This document shows positions 19,159 to 28,498 of a stretch of 62,132 nt of DNA, piece by piece. A program made the translations under genes and the position numbers. Within the stretch, counting starts at the first letter, position 1. Each line of letters opens with the position of its first letter. The DNA is taken from NCBI GenBank assembly GCA_963835065.1, contig CAWIEK010000007.1, positions 1 through 62,132 on the forward strand. The letters run 5' to 3'. The notes below the pieces were generated by a model. That model was not told where the DNA came from, made no database searches, and saw only the letters and a program-made list of their open reading frames with translations. The stretch is from an uncultured Chthonomonadaceae bacterium (GTDB taxonomy: Bacteria > Armatimonadota > Chthonomonadetes > Chthonomonadales > Chthonomonadaceae).

Positions 19159-19914
19159 CTAACGTCGTTCCGCTTCCATCCTGGCGAGTTCAGCCTGTTG
19201 CCGCGCCACTCCCTCTTGTACCTGAGCGCGGGCGGCTTCCTGCTCGGCCTGCAAACGCGCCTGCTGCGCGGCGAGTTCCGCCTGGGCGCGCGCGAGTTCG
19301 GCTCTGGCCTGCGCTTGTTGCGCGTAGATGAACTGCGCGTTGCCGTTGTAGGACAAATCGCTGTTCTGCAGTGTGATGGTCACAGCGCCGTCTTGCTGCG
19401 TGATCGTCTGCCCGCTGTACAGGTCCACCGTGCCATGATAGCTGTGGACGTAGCGCCCGCCCGACAAATCTTCGTCCTGAACAGGAACGTAGGGGTCAAA
19501 GGCGTCGCGGTTCTGCGTATGCCCAACGCCGTTTGCGTCGAAGGTGACAAAGGTGGGCCGCATGTCGTTGAGCGTGAAGCCGACAACGGACTTGATTTTG
19601 CCGTCGCCGCCATACAATCGCAGGCTGGGCACGTCATCTTTGTTCAGGCGCAGTTGGGCGCGCTGCGCGCCGGCAGCGTCGAAAAGCTGAACGCAGGGCG
19701 CGTTGGTTTTGTCGCTCATGCCGATACGGGCGCGGGTCGTGCCGCTGTCGTCCACAAGCGTAAACTCTTTGGTAATGACCCGTTCGCTGATGGACGTGCC
19801 ACTGCCGCCCTGATGCTGATTGCGCAGGGAAATGTCATGCCACACCAACGCGGACAGCGAAACCCACATCACGGCGAAGACCGCCGAATTGCTTAGGTGA
19901 AAACGTTCCCTCAT
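19159..19914 (-). CDS. Hypothetical membrane-anchored protein with beta-rich domain and coiled-coil tail
   Basis: AAGGAGG RBS; N-terminal TM helix; repeated L.D..G..R units; Q/A-rich C-terminus. Confidence 0.75.
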   Translation of the reverse strand: MRERFHLSNSAVFAVMWVSLSALVWHDISLRNQHQGGSGTSISERVITKEFTLVDDSGTTRARIGMSDKTNAPCVQLFDAAGAQRAQLRLNKDDVPSLRLYGGDGKIKSVVGFTLNDMRPTFVTFDANGVGHTQNRDAFDPYVPVQDEDLSGGRYVHSYHGTVDLYSGQTITQQDGAVTITLQNSDLSYNGNAQFIYAQQAQARAELARAQAELAAQQARLQAEQEAARAQVQEGVARQQAELARMEAERR

Positions 19915-20397
19915 CCTGTCAACCTCCTTGCATGTTGAGCAAACCTTTGAGGAAGGCATTAGGCATTAGATATTAGATATTAGATATTAGGCAGAAGACA
20001 GAAGCCCAATACCTGACACCTAACACCTAACACCATAGAACCCTAAAACCTTAAAAACCTAAAACCCTACCTACATAGACGCGGTTGATGCGCGTCGGTA
20101 ACGTATCATTCACAACGAACGCAGAACGACTTTCGTTGGCAGGCGAACAAATTGGTTTTTAGCGGCTGCAAACGCTGGCGCGTCTCTGCCGTAAATTCTT
20201 TTGTCGTCATTACTGCGCCGGTTGTAAGAAAAACATCACCTTATCATTCGCGCTGCCGTTACAAGATTCCTGCCCATAAAAATTATATTGTACAATTTTT
20301 TTGATTCAGGCGCAATTTGCCGGACGCGCCTTGGCTTTAATGAAAACCAACGGCTTATTCGCGTTCATTCGCGGCTGCTTTATCAATAAAAATCCGC

Positions 20398-20426
20398 TTG
20401 ACAAATTTTCACAAAAACGCTAGGAT
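20398..20426 (+). promoter_or_regulatory. Sigma70-type promoter
   Basis: TTGACA-N17-TAGGAT upstream of the esterase cluster. Confidence 0.65.
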
Positions 20427-20432
20427 GTGCGA

Positions 20433-20538
20433 AAGGCATTAGGCATTAGGCAACAGGCATCAGAGTCGTAGTTACTGCTCTGCCAATGGATTATCTCCTG
20501 AATGACCTCTTCTCCTGATGCCTAATGCCTAATGCCTG
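20433..20538. repeat. Inverted pair of (GGCATTA)-type heptamer arrays in a 5' leader
   Basis: Seen directly; ends just before the GGAGGT RBS. Confidence 0.85.
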
Positions 20539-20549
20539 GAGGTATTGCC

Positions 20550-21509
20550 ATGCCACAGATTGACATGCCATTGGAACGGCTGCGGGAGTACGAAGGCCGT
20601 AACCCGCGTCCGCAGGATATGGAAGCGTATTGGGATCGCGCGCTGGAAGAGATGCGCCGTGTGGAGGCGCGCGTGGAACTCGTTCCGCACAAACTGAACG
20701 CGCCTCATGCGGAATGTTTCGATCTGTATTTTACGGGCGTGGGCGGTTCCCGCGTCCATGCCAAGTATTTGCGTCCGAAAAACGCGCCCGGCAAAAGCCC
20801 CGCAGTGCTGATGTTTCACGGCTATTCAGGCAACAGCGGGGATTGGGCGGACAAATTAAATTATGTCGGGCAGGGCTTTTGCGTAGCCGCGCTGGACTGC
20901 CGGGGTCAGGGCGGATTGTCGGAAAACATCGAAGGCGTTCGGGGCAATACCCTGCGCGGCCATATCATTCGCGGGCTGGACGACGCGCCGGAAAAACTGT
21001 ACTTCCGCCAGGTGTATCTGGATACGGCGCAGCTTGCCGGCATCGTGATGAACCTGTCGGAAGTAGACGCTGACCGCGTAGGCGCAACGGGCGGCTCGCA
21101 GGGCGGAGCCTTGACGCTTGCCTGCGCCGCATTGGAACCGCGCATCAAACGCGCCGCCCCGGTCTATCCGTTCCTGTGCGATTATCAGCGCGTGTGGGAA
21201 ATGGATTTAGCGGTGGGCGCGTATGAGGAATTGCGCACATACCTGCGCCAGTTCGACCCGCTGCACGAGCGCGAGGCCGAGATTTTTACCCGCCTGGGAT
21301 ACATTGACAATCAGCATCTCGCGCATCGGATACGCGCCCGCGTCCTGATGGCCGTCGGCCTGATGGACACCATTTGCCCGCCGTCCACGCAGTTTGCGGC
21401 GTACAACAAGATCACCGCGCCCAAAGACCTGCTTGTTTATCCCGATTACGGCCACGAAGGACTGCCCGGCTGCAATGACCGCATTTTCGACTTTATGGCG
21501 GAATTGTGA
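20550..21509 (+). CDS. Acetylxylan esterase / cephalosporin-C deacetylase (CE7)
   Basis: RGQ, GGSQGG, D.ICPPSTQFAAYN, GHE motifs. Confidence 0.93.
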   Translation: MPQIDMPLERLREYEGRNPRPQDMEAYWDRALEEMRRVEARVELVPHKLNAPHAECFDLYFTGVGGSRVHAKYLRPKNAPGKSPAVLMFHGYSGNSGDWADKLNYVGQGFCVAALDCRGQGGLSENIEGVRGNTLRGHIIRGLDDAPEKLYFRQVYLDTAQLAGIVMNLSEVDADRVGATGGSQGGALTLACAALEPRIKRAAPVYPFLCDYQRVWEMDLAVGAYEELRTYLRQFDPLHEREAEIFTRLGYIDNQHLAHRIRARVLMAVGLMDTICPPSTQFAAYNKITAPKDLLVYPDYGHEGLPGCNDRIFDFMAEL

Positions 21510-21609
21510 GGGAAGATATTAGGCATTAGGCATTAGGCATCAGGAAAGAAGACAGAAGACAGAAGACAGAAGGCAACGCAAAAAAGTGGATTGTGAGTAA
21601 AGAAACATT

Positions 21610-22539
21610 ATGGAAACGAGACCATTGGGACAAACGGGGCTGGAGCTTTCGGTGTTGGGGCTGGGAGCCGCGCCGCTGGGGGGCGTGTTCGGCGAACTGG
21701 ATGAAGCGGACGGCATTGCCACCGTTCATGCCGCTTTTGACGCCGGAATTAACTATGTGGACGTGTCGCCGTACTATGGCGTCCTGAAAGCCGAAACCGT
21801 TTTGGGCAAGGCGCTGAAAACCGTGTCCCGCGAACGCTTTATTCTTTCCACCAAAGTCGGGCGCTACAACGACAACGAGTTTGATTTTTCCGCCGAGCGC
21901 GTCACGCGCAGCGTGGACGAGAGCCTGCAGCGCCTGAACGTGGACTACATTGACCTGATTTTATGTCATGACATCGAGTTTGTGGACATCAATCAGGTGG
22001 TGGAGGAAGCGATACCGGCTTTGCTGAAAGTACGGGACGGGGGCAAAGTACGATTCGTCGGTTTCAGCGGCCTGCCGCTCGCCATTTACCCAAAAGTGCT
22101 TGACCGCATCAATGTTGACGCGATTATCACGTATTGCCATTATGCGCTGAACGACCAATCGCTGTCTGATATGCTTCCCTACTTGCAGGCCAAACACATA
22201 GGCATTATCAATGCGTCGCCGCTTGGCATGGGACTGCTTACCAATCGTCCGCCGCCCGCCTGGCATCCCGCCAACGCGGAAATAAAGGCCGCCTGCGCCG
22301 CCGCCGCCGCCCTGTGCCGGGAACGAGGTACGGACATAGCCGCGCTCGGCCTTCAATTCGCTCTAAGCAACAACGCTTTCGCGTCCACCCTGAGCGGCAT
22401 CGCCAACCGCCAACAGCTCGCTCAAAATCTCGCCTGCGTCGGCGTCCAACCCGACCCGGATTTACTGCGCGACGTACTCGCCCTATTAGAACCCATCCAC
22501 AACCAAACCTGGTCCAACGGCAGGCCGGAAAACAATTAA
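21610..22539 (+). CDS. Aldo/keto reductase, L-galactose dehydrogenase-like
   Basis: GINYVDVSPYYG, STKVGRY, CHDIEF, NASPL.MGLL. Confidence 0.85.
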   Translation: METRPLGQTGLELSVLGLGAAPLGGVFGELDEADGIATVHAAFDAGINYVDVSPYYGVLKAETVLGKALKTVSRERFILSTKVGRYNDNEFDFSAERVTRSVDESLQRLNVDYIDLILCHDIEFVDINQVVEEAIPALLKVRDGGKVRFVGFSGLPLAIYPKVLDRINVDAIITYCHYALNDQSLSDMLPYLQAKHIGIINASPLGMGLLTNRPPPAWHPANAEIKAACAAAAALCRERGTDIAALGLQFALSNNAFASTLSGIANRQQLAQNLACVGVQPDPDLLRDVLALLEPIHNQTWSNGRPENN

Positions 22540-22542
22540 GTC

Positions 22543-22667
22543 GGTGTTCAGGTGTTCGGGAAATGCAAGAGTACAGAAGTTTACTCTCACGTGGCAAAAG
22601 TATCAGCCCACTACCGGAACACCCGAACACCCGAATACCTGAACACCTGAACACCTGAACACCGAAC
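22543..22667. repeat. Inverted octamer/heptamer arrays (GGTGTTCA / CACCTGAA)
   Basis: Seen directly; similar units at 16546-16590 and 17822-17855. Confidence 0.8.
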
Positions 22668-22670
22668 AAC

Positions 22671-23687
22671 ATGAAAACCATCACCCTACACGAACCCGGA
22701 CAACTGGCGCACAGCGAGACGGAGCCGCCAACCCTTTCTTCGGAACACAATACGCTCGTCCGCGTTCGGCGCGTGGGCATTTGCGGCACGGACATTCACG
22801 CCTTTGCGGGGCGGCAGCCGTTTTTCAGTTATCCGCGCATTTTGGGGCATGAATTGGGCGTGGAAGTGGTGGAAGTCGGGACGGCGGTCACAGACATTGC
22901 GCCGGGCGATGTATGCGCGGTAGAGCCTTATCTCAACTGCGGGCACTGCATTGCATGTCGGCGGGGCAAAACCAATTGCTGCACGTCGCTTCAAGTGTTG
23001 GGCGTTCATGCGGACGGCGGAATGCGCGAAATCATCGAAGTTCCCGCCCGAAAGCTGCACAAATCCGACAAATTGACGCTCGATCAACTTGCATTGGTGG
23101 AAACACTAGGCATCGGCGCTCATGCCACGCAGCGCGCGGATGTGCAAGCCGAGGACACGGTACTGGTCATTGGAACCGGGCCGATTGGCCTGTCCGTGAT
23201 TCAGTTTGCGCAGGCGCGGCAAGCGCGCGTGATTGCGATGGATACCAACACGGGGCGGCTCGAATTTTGTCGGCAGCAGTTGGGCGTTGGGGAAGTGGTT
23301 GTCGCCAATGACGGCGCGTTTGAGGACGTGAAGGAGCGTACGCAGGGCGACATGGCGACGGTTGTTTTTGACGCGACGGGCAATGCCGCGTCTATGCACA
23401 GCGCGTTTCAGTACATCGCGGCGGGCGGCAAATTGGTGTTTGTCGGGCTGTTTTTGGGCGATGTAACGTTCCACGACCCCGACTTTCACCGCCGCGAACT
23501 GACCCTGCTGGCAACCCGCAATTCCACGGGCGATGACTTTCGGCGTATTATCGCGCTGATGGAAGCGGGGCAGATAGATACCGCGCCCTGGATCACGCAC
23601 CGCGCCGACTGTGCCGACATGATCGCGCATTTTCCCGATTGGATCAAGCCCGAAACAGGCGTCATCAAGGCAATGGTCGAATTTTAG
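22671..23687 (+). CDS. Zinc-dependent dehydrogenase, L-galactonate dehydrogenase-like
   Basis: GICGTD.H, GHE, C..C..C....C, G.GPIG. Confidence 0.88.
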   Translation: MKTITLHEPGQLAHSETEPPTLSSEHNTLVRVRRVGICGTDIHAFAGRQPFFSYPRILGHELGVEVVEVGTAVTDIAPGDVCAVEPYLNCGHCIACRRGKTNCCTSLQVLGVHADGGMREIIEVPARKLHKSDKLTLDQLALVETLGIGAHATQRADVQAEDTVLVIGTGPIGLSVIQFAQARQARVIAMDTNTGRLEFCRQQLGVGEVVVANDGAFEDVKERTQGDMATVVFDATGNAASMHSAFQYIAAGGKLVFVGLFLGDVTFHDPDFHRRELTLLATRNSTGDDFRRIIALMEAGQIDTAPWITHRADCADMIAHFPDWIKPETGVIKAMVEF

Positions 23688-23741
23688 TCAATCCTCATCA
23701 TTTCAGGCAGCCGCTCTGCTTTCGCGCAAAAGGATACCCAC

Positions 23742-24932
23742 GTGACGACTACGACCCGGCGCAACACCCGACGTAAACAGGAAACGGATCAAAAAGAGCA
23801 GGATACCGCCCCGGAAGCGCAGGAACCGGGTGCAGTCAGTGAGGGAGCCGGAGCCTTTGCGGCCATGCTGGCCGCGCACGGAATTGGAACTGCGCCTGTG
23901 CCCCTAAACCTGCCGGACGCGCCGCCCTCCATATCCCTCAACACTCCCCCGGAACTTAACAATGCCGAAGCCGATAATACGGAACTCAGCAGCGCCGAAC
24001 CTAATCACTCCGAACTCGATAGCGCCAACCACAACAACGCGCCGCAAAACCACGCGAAACAGCGCAGCCCGCGCCAAAGCCGTTCAAAAGCGAACAAAGC
24101 CGAACAGGACAGCACAGACGCGGCGGCAGGCGGGGCAAACGGCGGCGAACTGCAGGTCGAAACAAGCGCCGAAAAGAATGAAGCGCAGAGCGACGACACG
24201 AATGGCGAGAAGAGTGCAGAGAAGACGCGGGAACGAACATCCGTCGAGCGCTATAATGTGACCATTCACGAACTGCCGTCCAACGAACGCCCCCGTGAGC
24301 GGCTTACCCACTTTGGCGCGTCCGCGCTGTCCACAACCGAACTGCTCGCCATTCAACTGCGCATCGGAACGCGCGAACGCTCCGCCGTCGGGTTGGCGGA
24401 ACTGCTGTTGAGCGAATTCGGCGGCTTGCGCGGGGTGGCGAACGCCAGCGTGGAGCAGTTGAAGAAAGTGAAGGGAATTGGCGAAGTCAAAGCGGTGGAA
24501 ATCGCGGCGGCGGTAGAGTTGGGCAAGCGCCTGTCCGCGTTGAGCAACGAGGAACGCCCGTGCATCCGCAGCCCACAGGACGTGGCGAACCTGCTGATGC
24601 CCGAAATGCGCGACTTGAAGAAGGAACACCTCAAAAGCCTGCTGCTCGACTCCAAAAACCGCGTGATGAAAACAATCACGGTTTCCATCGGTATTCTCGA
24701 CAGCAGTCTCGTGCATCCCCGCGAAGTGTTCAAGGACGCGATCTTAGCCTCCTCCGCGTCCCTCATCATCGCGCACAACCATCCGAGCGGCGACCCCACG
24801 CCCAGTCCGGAAGACAAGCGTATCACGCAGCGCCTGTACGAAGCGGGCCAGCTCATCGGCATTGACCTGCTCGATCATATTGTTATCGGCGACAACCGCT
24901 GGATCAGCCTCAAAGAGCGCGGCGTCATCTAA
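23742..24932 (+). CDS. radC: RadC/JAB domain protein with long disordered N-terminus
   Basis: ERPRERL, GIGEVKA, VHPREVF, HNHPSGD.TPS.ED, LLDHIVIG. Confidence 0.92.
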   Translation: MTTTTRRNTRRKQETDQKEQDTAPEAQEPGAVSEGAGAFAAMLAAHGIGTAPVPLNLPDAPPSISLNTPPELNNAEADNTELSSAEPNHSELDSANHNNAPQNHAKQRSPRQSRSKANKAEQDSTDAAAGGANGGELQVETSAEKNEAQSDDTNGEKSAEKTRERTSVERYNVTIHELPSNERPRERLTHFGASALSTTELLAIQLRIGTRERSAVGLAELLLSEFGGLRGVANASVEQLKKVKGIGEVKAVEIAAAVELGKRLSALSNEERPCIRSPQDVANLLMPEMRDLKKEHLKSLLLDSKNRVMKTITVSIGILDSSLVHPREVFKDAILASSASLIIAHNHPSGDPTPSPEDKRITQRLYEAGQLIGIDLLDHIVIGDNRWISLKERGVI

Positions 24933-25022
24933 ACGGAGGCTGAAACCATACGTTGGACATAATTTAACGAAAACGGCACAAAAGCGCAGGGGAACTATAC
25001 GCGGGAGCGAGGCGACAATCCA

Positions 25023-25631
25023 TCAAGGCAGGTTACGCCGCAGCATTGACAGCAGAATACCAACAATCTTTTCAACATTCGAGAGGTAGTAGAGGTCCGT
25101 GTCTATCGTGGCGACGGTTTCCTGAAGACTCAAGAACTGCCAGTCGGTCCCGGTTGTCACGACGCCATACAGCGTTTCCATCGGATGTTCCTGAGCCGCA
25201 TTGAAAATCTGCGCGGCGATAAGTTCGGCAAGGCATTGGGGAATACCGGCCAGTATGTTCTCCTTTTTCGCTTCCACTACGGAAACGACCGGGGCCGAGA
25301 GAACCAGGGCATCCGGTGTCAGGCTAAACAGAAAATCGCAGTAACCCGACAGGCCGCGTTGGGCATCCACATCGAATTCGATACCGGAAAACAGACTGGC
25401 TTGTTCGCGTTTCTGCTGGCAGACTTCGGCAAGGATCGGCGCGATAAGATATTCGGAACGCGCTTTTTCCGAGCCGCTCGGCAGGGCAAAACGGGAATTT
25501 TGTGCCAGCGTCAGGCGCAGCAGATCCGAAATAGGCGCGGGTGGGGAAACGCTGAACAAGCCCGTCTGCCTGTGAATACGAAGCCCAAAGTCGCGCTCCA
25601 ATTGTGGAATAGTGAACTGATTATAAGCCAT
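25023..25631 (-). CDS. Hypothetical protein with restriction-endonuclease-like motif
   Basis: SEKARSE, G.CDF, VVEAKKE, YGVVTTGTDWQF. Confidence 0.75.
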   Translation of the reverse strand: MAYNQFTIPQLERDFGLRIHRQTGLFSVSPPAPISDLLRLTLAQNSRFALPSGSEKARSEYLIAPILAEVCQQKREQASLFSGIEFDVDAQRGLSGYCDFLFSLTPDALVLSAPVVSVVEAKKENILAGIPQCLAELIAAQIFNAAQEHPMETLYGVVTTGTDWQFLSLQETVATIDTDLYYLSNVEKIVGILLSMLRRNLP

Positions 25632-25723
25632 GAATCGGGTTCCTTCCTGCCAAAAGCAAGTTTGTAACAGTATACCCGTCAATCTGCTGCCGGCTCCTTT
25701 GCCTGAGTACCATTGCCTGAGTA

Positions 25724-25757
25724 CAAGCCCGACAGGAATCACTTCCTGTCGGGCTTG
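25724..25757 (-). terminator. Hairpin directly after the rtcB stop
   Basis: CAAGCCCGACAGGAA-TCAC-TTCCTGTCGGGCTTG. Confidence 0.7.
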
Positions 25758-25766
25758 CCGTTGACG

Positions 25767-26549
25767 CTAATCCACTCCTTTAAGGGAGGCAATCGGCGTA
25801 AGAGTGTAGGCGACGCGCGCCAGTCCCGCTTTGACCACCGCGCCGATCACGTCTTCCGCCGCTTTGTAGCAGTCGGGCAACTCGTCAATGGGCACGTTGC
25901 CGCCCGCGTTGACCATGACATTCAGCCGCTTCATCTGCTCGTTCACCTGCTTTTGCGTGAACTGCTTCTTGGCCGCGCTGCGCGACAGACGCCGCCCGCA
26001 GCCGTGATTGACGGAGTACAGGCTTTTGGCCGCGCCCGGTTCGGCGTACAAAATGAAGCTTTTGTCGCCCATGCTGCCCGGAATCAGGATCGGGTGTCCG
26101 GTTGTTTCCCACTTCGTGCCTGCCAGCATCGGATGCCCTGCCGGGAACGCCCGCGTCGCGCCCTTGCGGTGAACCCAGGCTTTGTGGCCGAGCGAGGGAA
26201 CCTCTTCCTCCTGCGCCAGGTTGTGGCTGATCTCATAAACCAGTTCCGGTTCCTGCCCGAACACTTTCTCGAACGCGCGGCCTACCGCTTCCCAGATCAG
26301 CAGGCGGTTGGCGATGGCAAAGTTCGCGCCCGCCGCCACCGCGTTCTTGTAGCCTTCATACAGCGGCGCGTCCGGCTCGAAGTACACGGCTTCCGCCCCG
26401 CCGCGCACGTCCACGCCCTGCTTTTTCAGATACTCCTTCCCCTCATGGATGTAGTACGTCGCCAACCCATGCCCGAACCCGCGCGACCCGGTATGCACCA
26501 TCACCCACAAATGGTCTTCCTGATCGTACTGAAGTTCGCAAAAATGATT
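25767..26549 (-). CDS. rtcB: RNA ligase RtcB, exon 2
   Basis: Begins NHFCEL; VHTGSRG, SHN, HRKGAT, PGSMG, NHGCGR, DE.P..YK. Confidence 0.93.
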   Translation of the reverse strand, partial: NHFCELQYDQEDHLWVMVHTGSRGFGHGLATYYIHEGKEYLKKQGVDVRGGAEAVYFEPDAPLYEGYKNAVAAGANFAIANRLLIWEAVGRAFEKVFGQEPELVYEISHNLAQEEEVPSLGHKAWVHRKGATRAFPAGHPMLAGTKWETTGHPILIPGSMGDKSFILYAEPGAAKSLYSVNHGCGRRLSRSAAKKQFTQKQVNEQMKRLNVMVNAGGNVPIDELPDCYKAAEDVIGAVVKAGLARVAYTLTPIASLKGVD

Positions 26550-27346
26550 CAGTCTGTTACCTCTTTGCTTTTTAATCGCCACAATCGCATTTTGATGCTT
26601 TGTTCGGTTCGTCCCAGATGAAGCGCCGCTTCACCGATAGGATGGCTGAGGATAAAGTGGTCTTGCGCCTCACACCATTCCTGATGAAACATTATCTTCA
26701 TTCCAGCCGGACGCTGCCAACCTAGAATTGCAGGAACTTTGGCCTGTTTGCGTGGAAGCGCGAGGCAGTTCTCATAATACAGCATTGCTGCAAGTGCCTG
26801 CGCGTCCTCTTTGTAAACAGTTATGTTGAAAACGTTGTCCCTGTTGTTCCGTTGTATCTTCTTGCGGCAACCTAACTGCTCACGCAGAAATTCGTTGTAG
26901 CCAACTGCCAGACTGGTACTGGCCGTAATGATAGACACGAACGGAAACCCCATTCCAGTTATTCCAAGCGAACCATCTGCATCTATAATCCCTCGAAAGT
27001 AATCGCGCTGCGAATACTCACCGGAAGGAACGGCGATTATGTCGGACTTCTTTCCTGCCGGGATGCCACGCAAAATAAGCGCGTCCCGAAAAGAACGATT
27101 ATGAACAGCCCAAACTACGCTGCTATGATCTTCTTGAAAGTTTGTGGTTCTCGTGCGCTGTTTGATAGAAGAGTAAAATGGCACGAGACGAGCAAACTGT
27201 TCCATGATCCAGCGGTCTTGACTATTCAGTTCCAATGTCAACTTTCCACGATTACGTGAGTTTGCGTAAAGGTGTCCATCAGCTTGTAAAAAGCCGAACA
27301 TATACGCCACTGCGGGTTCATTCAAGTTGAGTTGGTAGTCGGACAT
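26549..27346 (-). CDS. Intron-encoded double-motif LAGLIDADG homing endonuclease
   Basis: YMFGFLQADG and YFRGIIDADG motifs; lower GC than the exons; C-terminal HTH-like tail. Confidence 0.9.
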   Translation of the reverse strand: MSDYQLNLNEPAVAYMFGFLQADGHLYANSRNRGKLTLELNSQDRWIMEQFARLVPFYSSIKQRTRTTNFQEDHSSVVWAVHNRSFRDALILRGIPAGKKSDIIAVPSGEYSQRDYFRGIIDADGSLGITGMGFPFVSIITASTSLAVGYNEFLREQLGCRKKIQRNNRDNVFNITVYKEDAQALAAMLYYENCLALPRKQAKVPAILGWQRPAGMKIMFHQEWCEAQDHFILSHPIGEAALHLGRTEQSIKMRLWRLKSKEVTD

Positions 27347-27585
27347 AGCGATTTTAATTCAAAGCGGCCAGGTCGTTTCTGCCTGACTCTGCACCTTCCT
27401 ATTAAGTGCAGTTCGGAGCACTCCTTCAACCTGAAGTTTCGTTCAGGTTGCCCAAGTCCCTCTGCTCTCTACGGGGTGTTAGCCTTGCGGCCAGCGCACT
27501 TCCCACGGAGTTGCCATCTCAGGTTTTCTCCGTATTGGACGAGTTTTTTGCAGGTAACTTACGCTACCAGGGAGGCAGTCATTTT
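26550..27585 (-). ncRNA. Group I intron (1036 nt) in rtcB
   Basis: Exon ends in U and intron ends in G; P1 GGAGGU/GCCUCC with U-G; P10 AAAAUGA/UCAUUUU; P4 UACGGAG/CUCCGUG; P7 GAGCA/UGCUC; removal restores QLGSLGGG-NHF in frame. Confidence 0.9.
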
Positions 27586-28155
27586 ACCTCCGCCGAGACT
27601 TCCCAACTGGCTGATGCCCCGTTTCAGGGGCGTAGCGGGAATGTCCCACTTGTCGCTGACCGGGATGAAGTCGCGTTCCGAGTTTTCGCGGTGAAATCCC
27701 AACGCGCTCGCGCCCTGCCGGACGATCTCGTTGAACTTACGCTCATTGAAGATATGGCCGCTCCCCTTGCCGGCTCCCATCCCAACCGTATCCATGACCT
27801 GCTCGGAAAACTTCTTGCGCAGTTTTTCATCCATGCCCTTGCTTTTGCTCACAGTAGATTTAAAAGCAAGCATGCCACAACCAATATCAAAACCGACAGG
27901 AGCCTGACATAAAGTGCCAGTTGTTGCCATGACGCAGCCGACCGGCACGACGTAACCCGTATGCACGTCCGGCGTGATAATCACTTCTTCGACGCCGGGG
28001 AACTCCGTCGCGTTGACGATCTGCCGGTAAATCTCTTCCTCGCTTTCCTCAAACAGCTTGGGGGAAAGAAACAGGCGCACCGGCACTTTCACCCCCTTGT
28101 TCAACTCGTAATAGTGGCCTTCTTCATTCCACTCGCATTGCCATTTCAAGCTCAT
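27586..28155 (-). CDS. rtcB: RNA ligase RtcB, exon 1
   Basis: PDVHTGY..PVG, VGFDIGCG, QLGSLGGG; exactly 190 codons to the splice site. Confidence 0.93.
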
Positions 28156-28498
28156 ACTCTTGCTCCTCTGGTTTTGTTCTCCTCACAGCGTTATGCTGTT
28201 GGCTGACTGCGCTCCTGCCCTGCCGGGTTCCACTTTCGACGCGGATGTTGCTGTGTAAGAGGTGTGCCGCTTCTATTCACGTTACTTTCTTGTTTCGTTG
28301 CAAGGCGGTTGCTTGCTAATACGCAGGCGTTCCAAAATGTGCTGACAAATGGCGCATCGGTAAAGTTGCGGCAGTAAAATCACGCGCCGCCACAATGATT
28401 TGCGGCGGCGCATTATTGGAATCGGAACGCTGTTAGCGCAGGAAGGCTGTTGGCAGGGAAGGCTGTTGAAAGGGAAGATTTGGCAGCCTGATAATCGT

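Noticed and set aside
26550..27585. Intein interpretation of the rtcB insertion
   Set aside because: The exon 1 frame stops 8 codons into the insert, the nuclease has its own ATG, there are no Cys1 or terminal His-Asn motifs, and group I pairings are present
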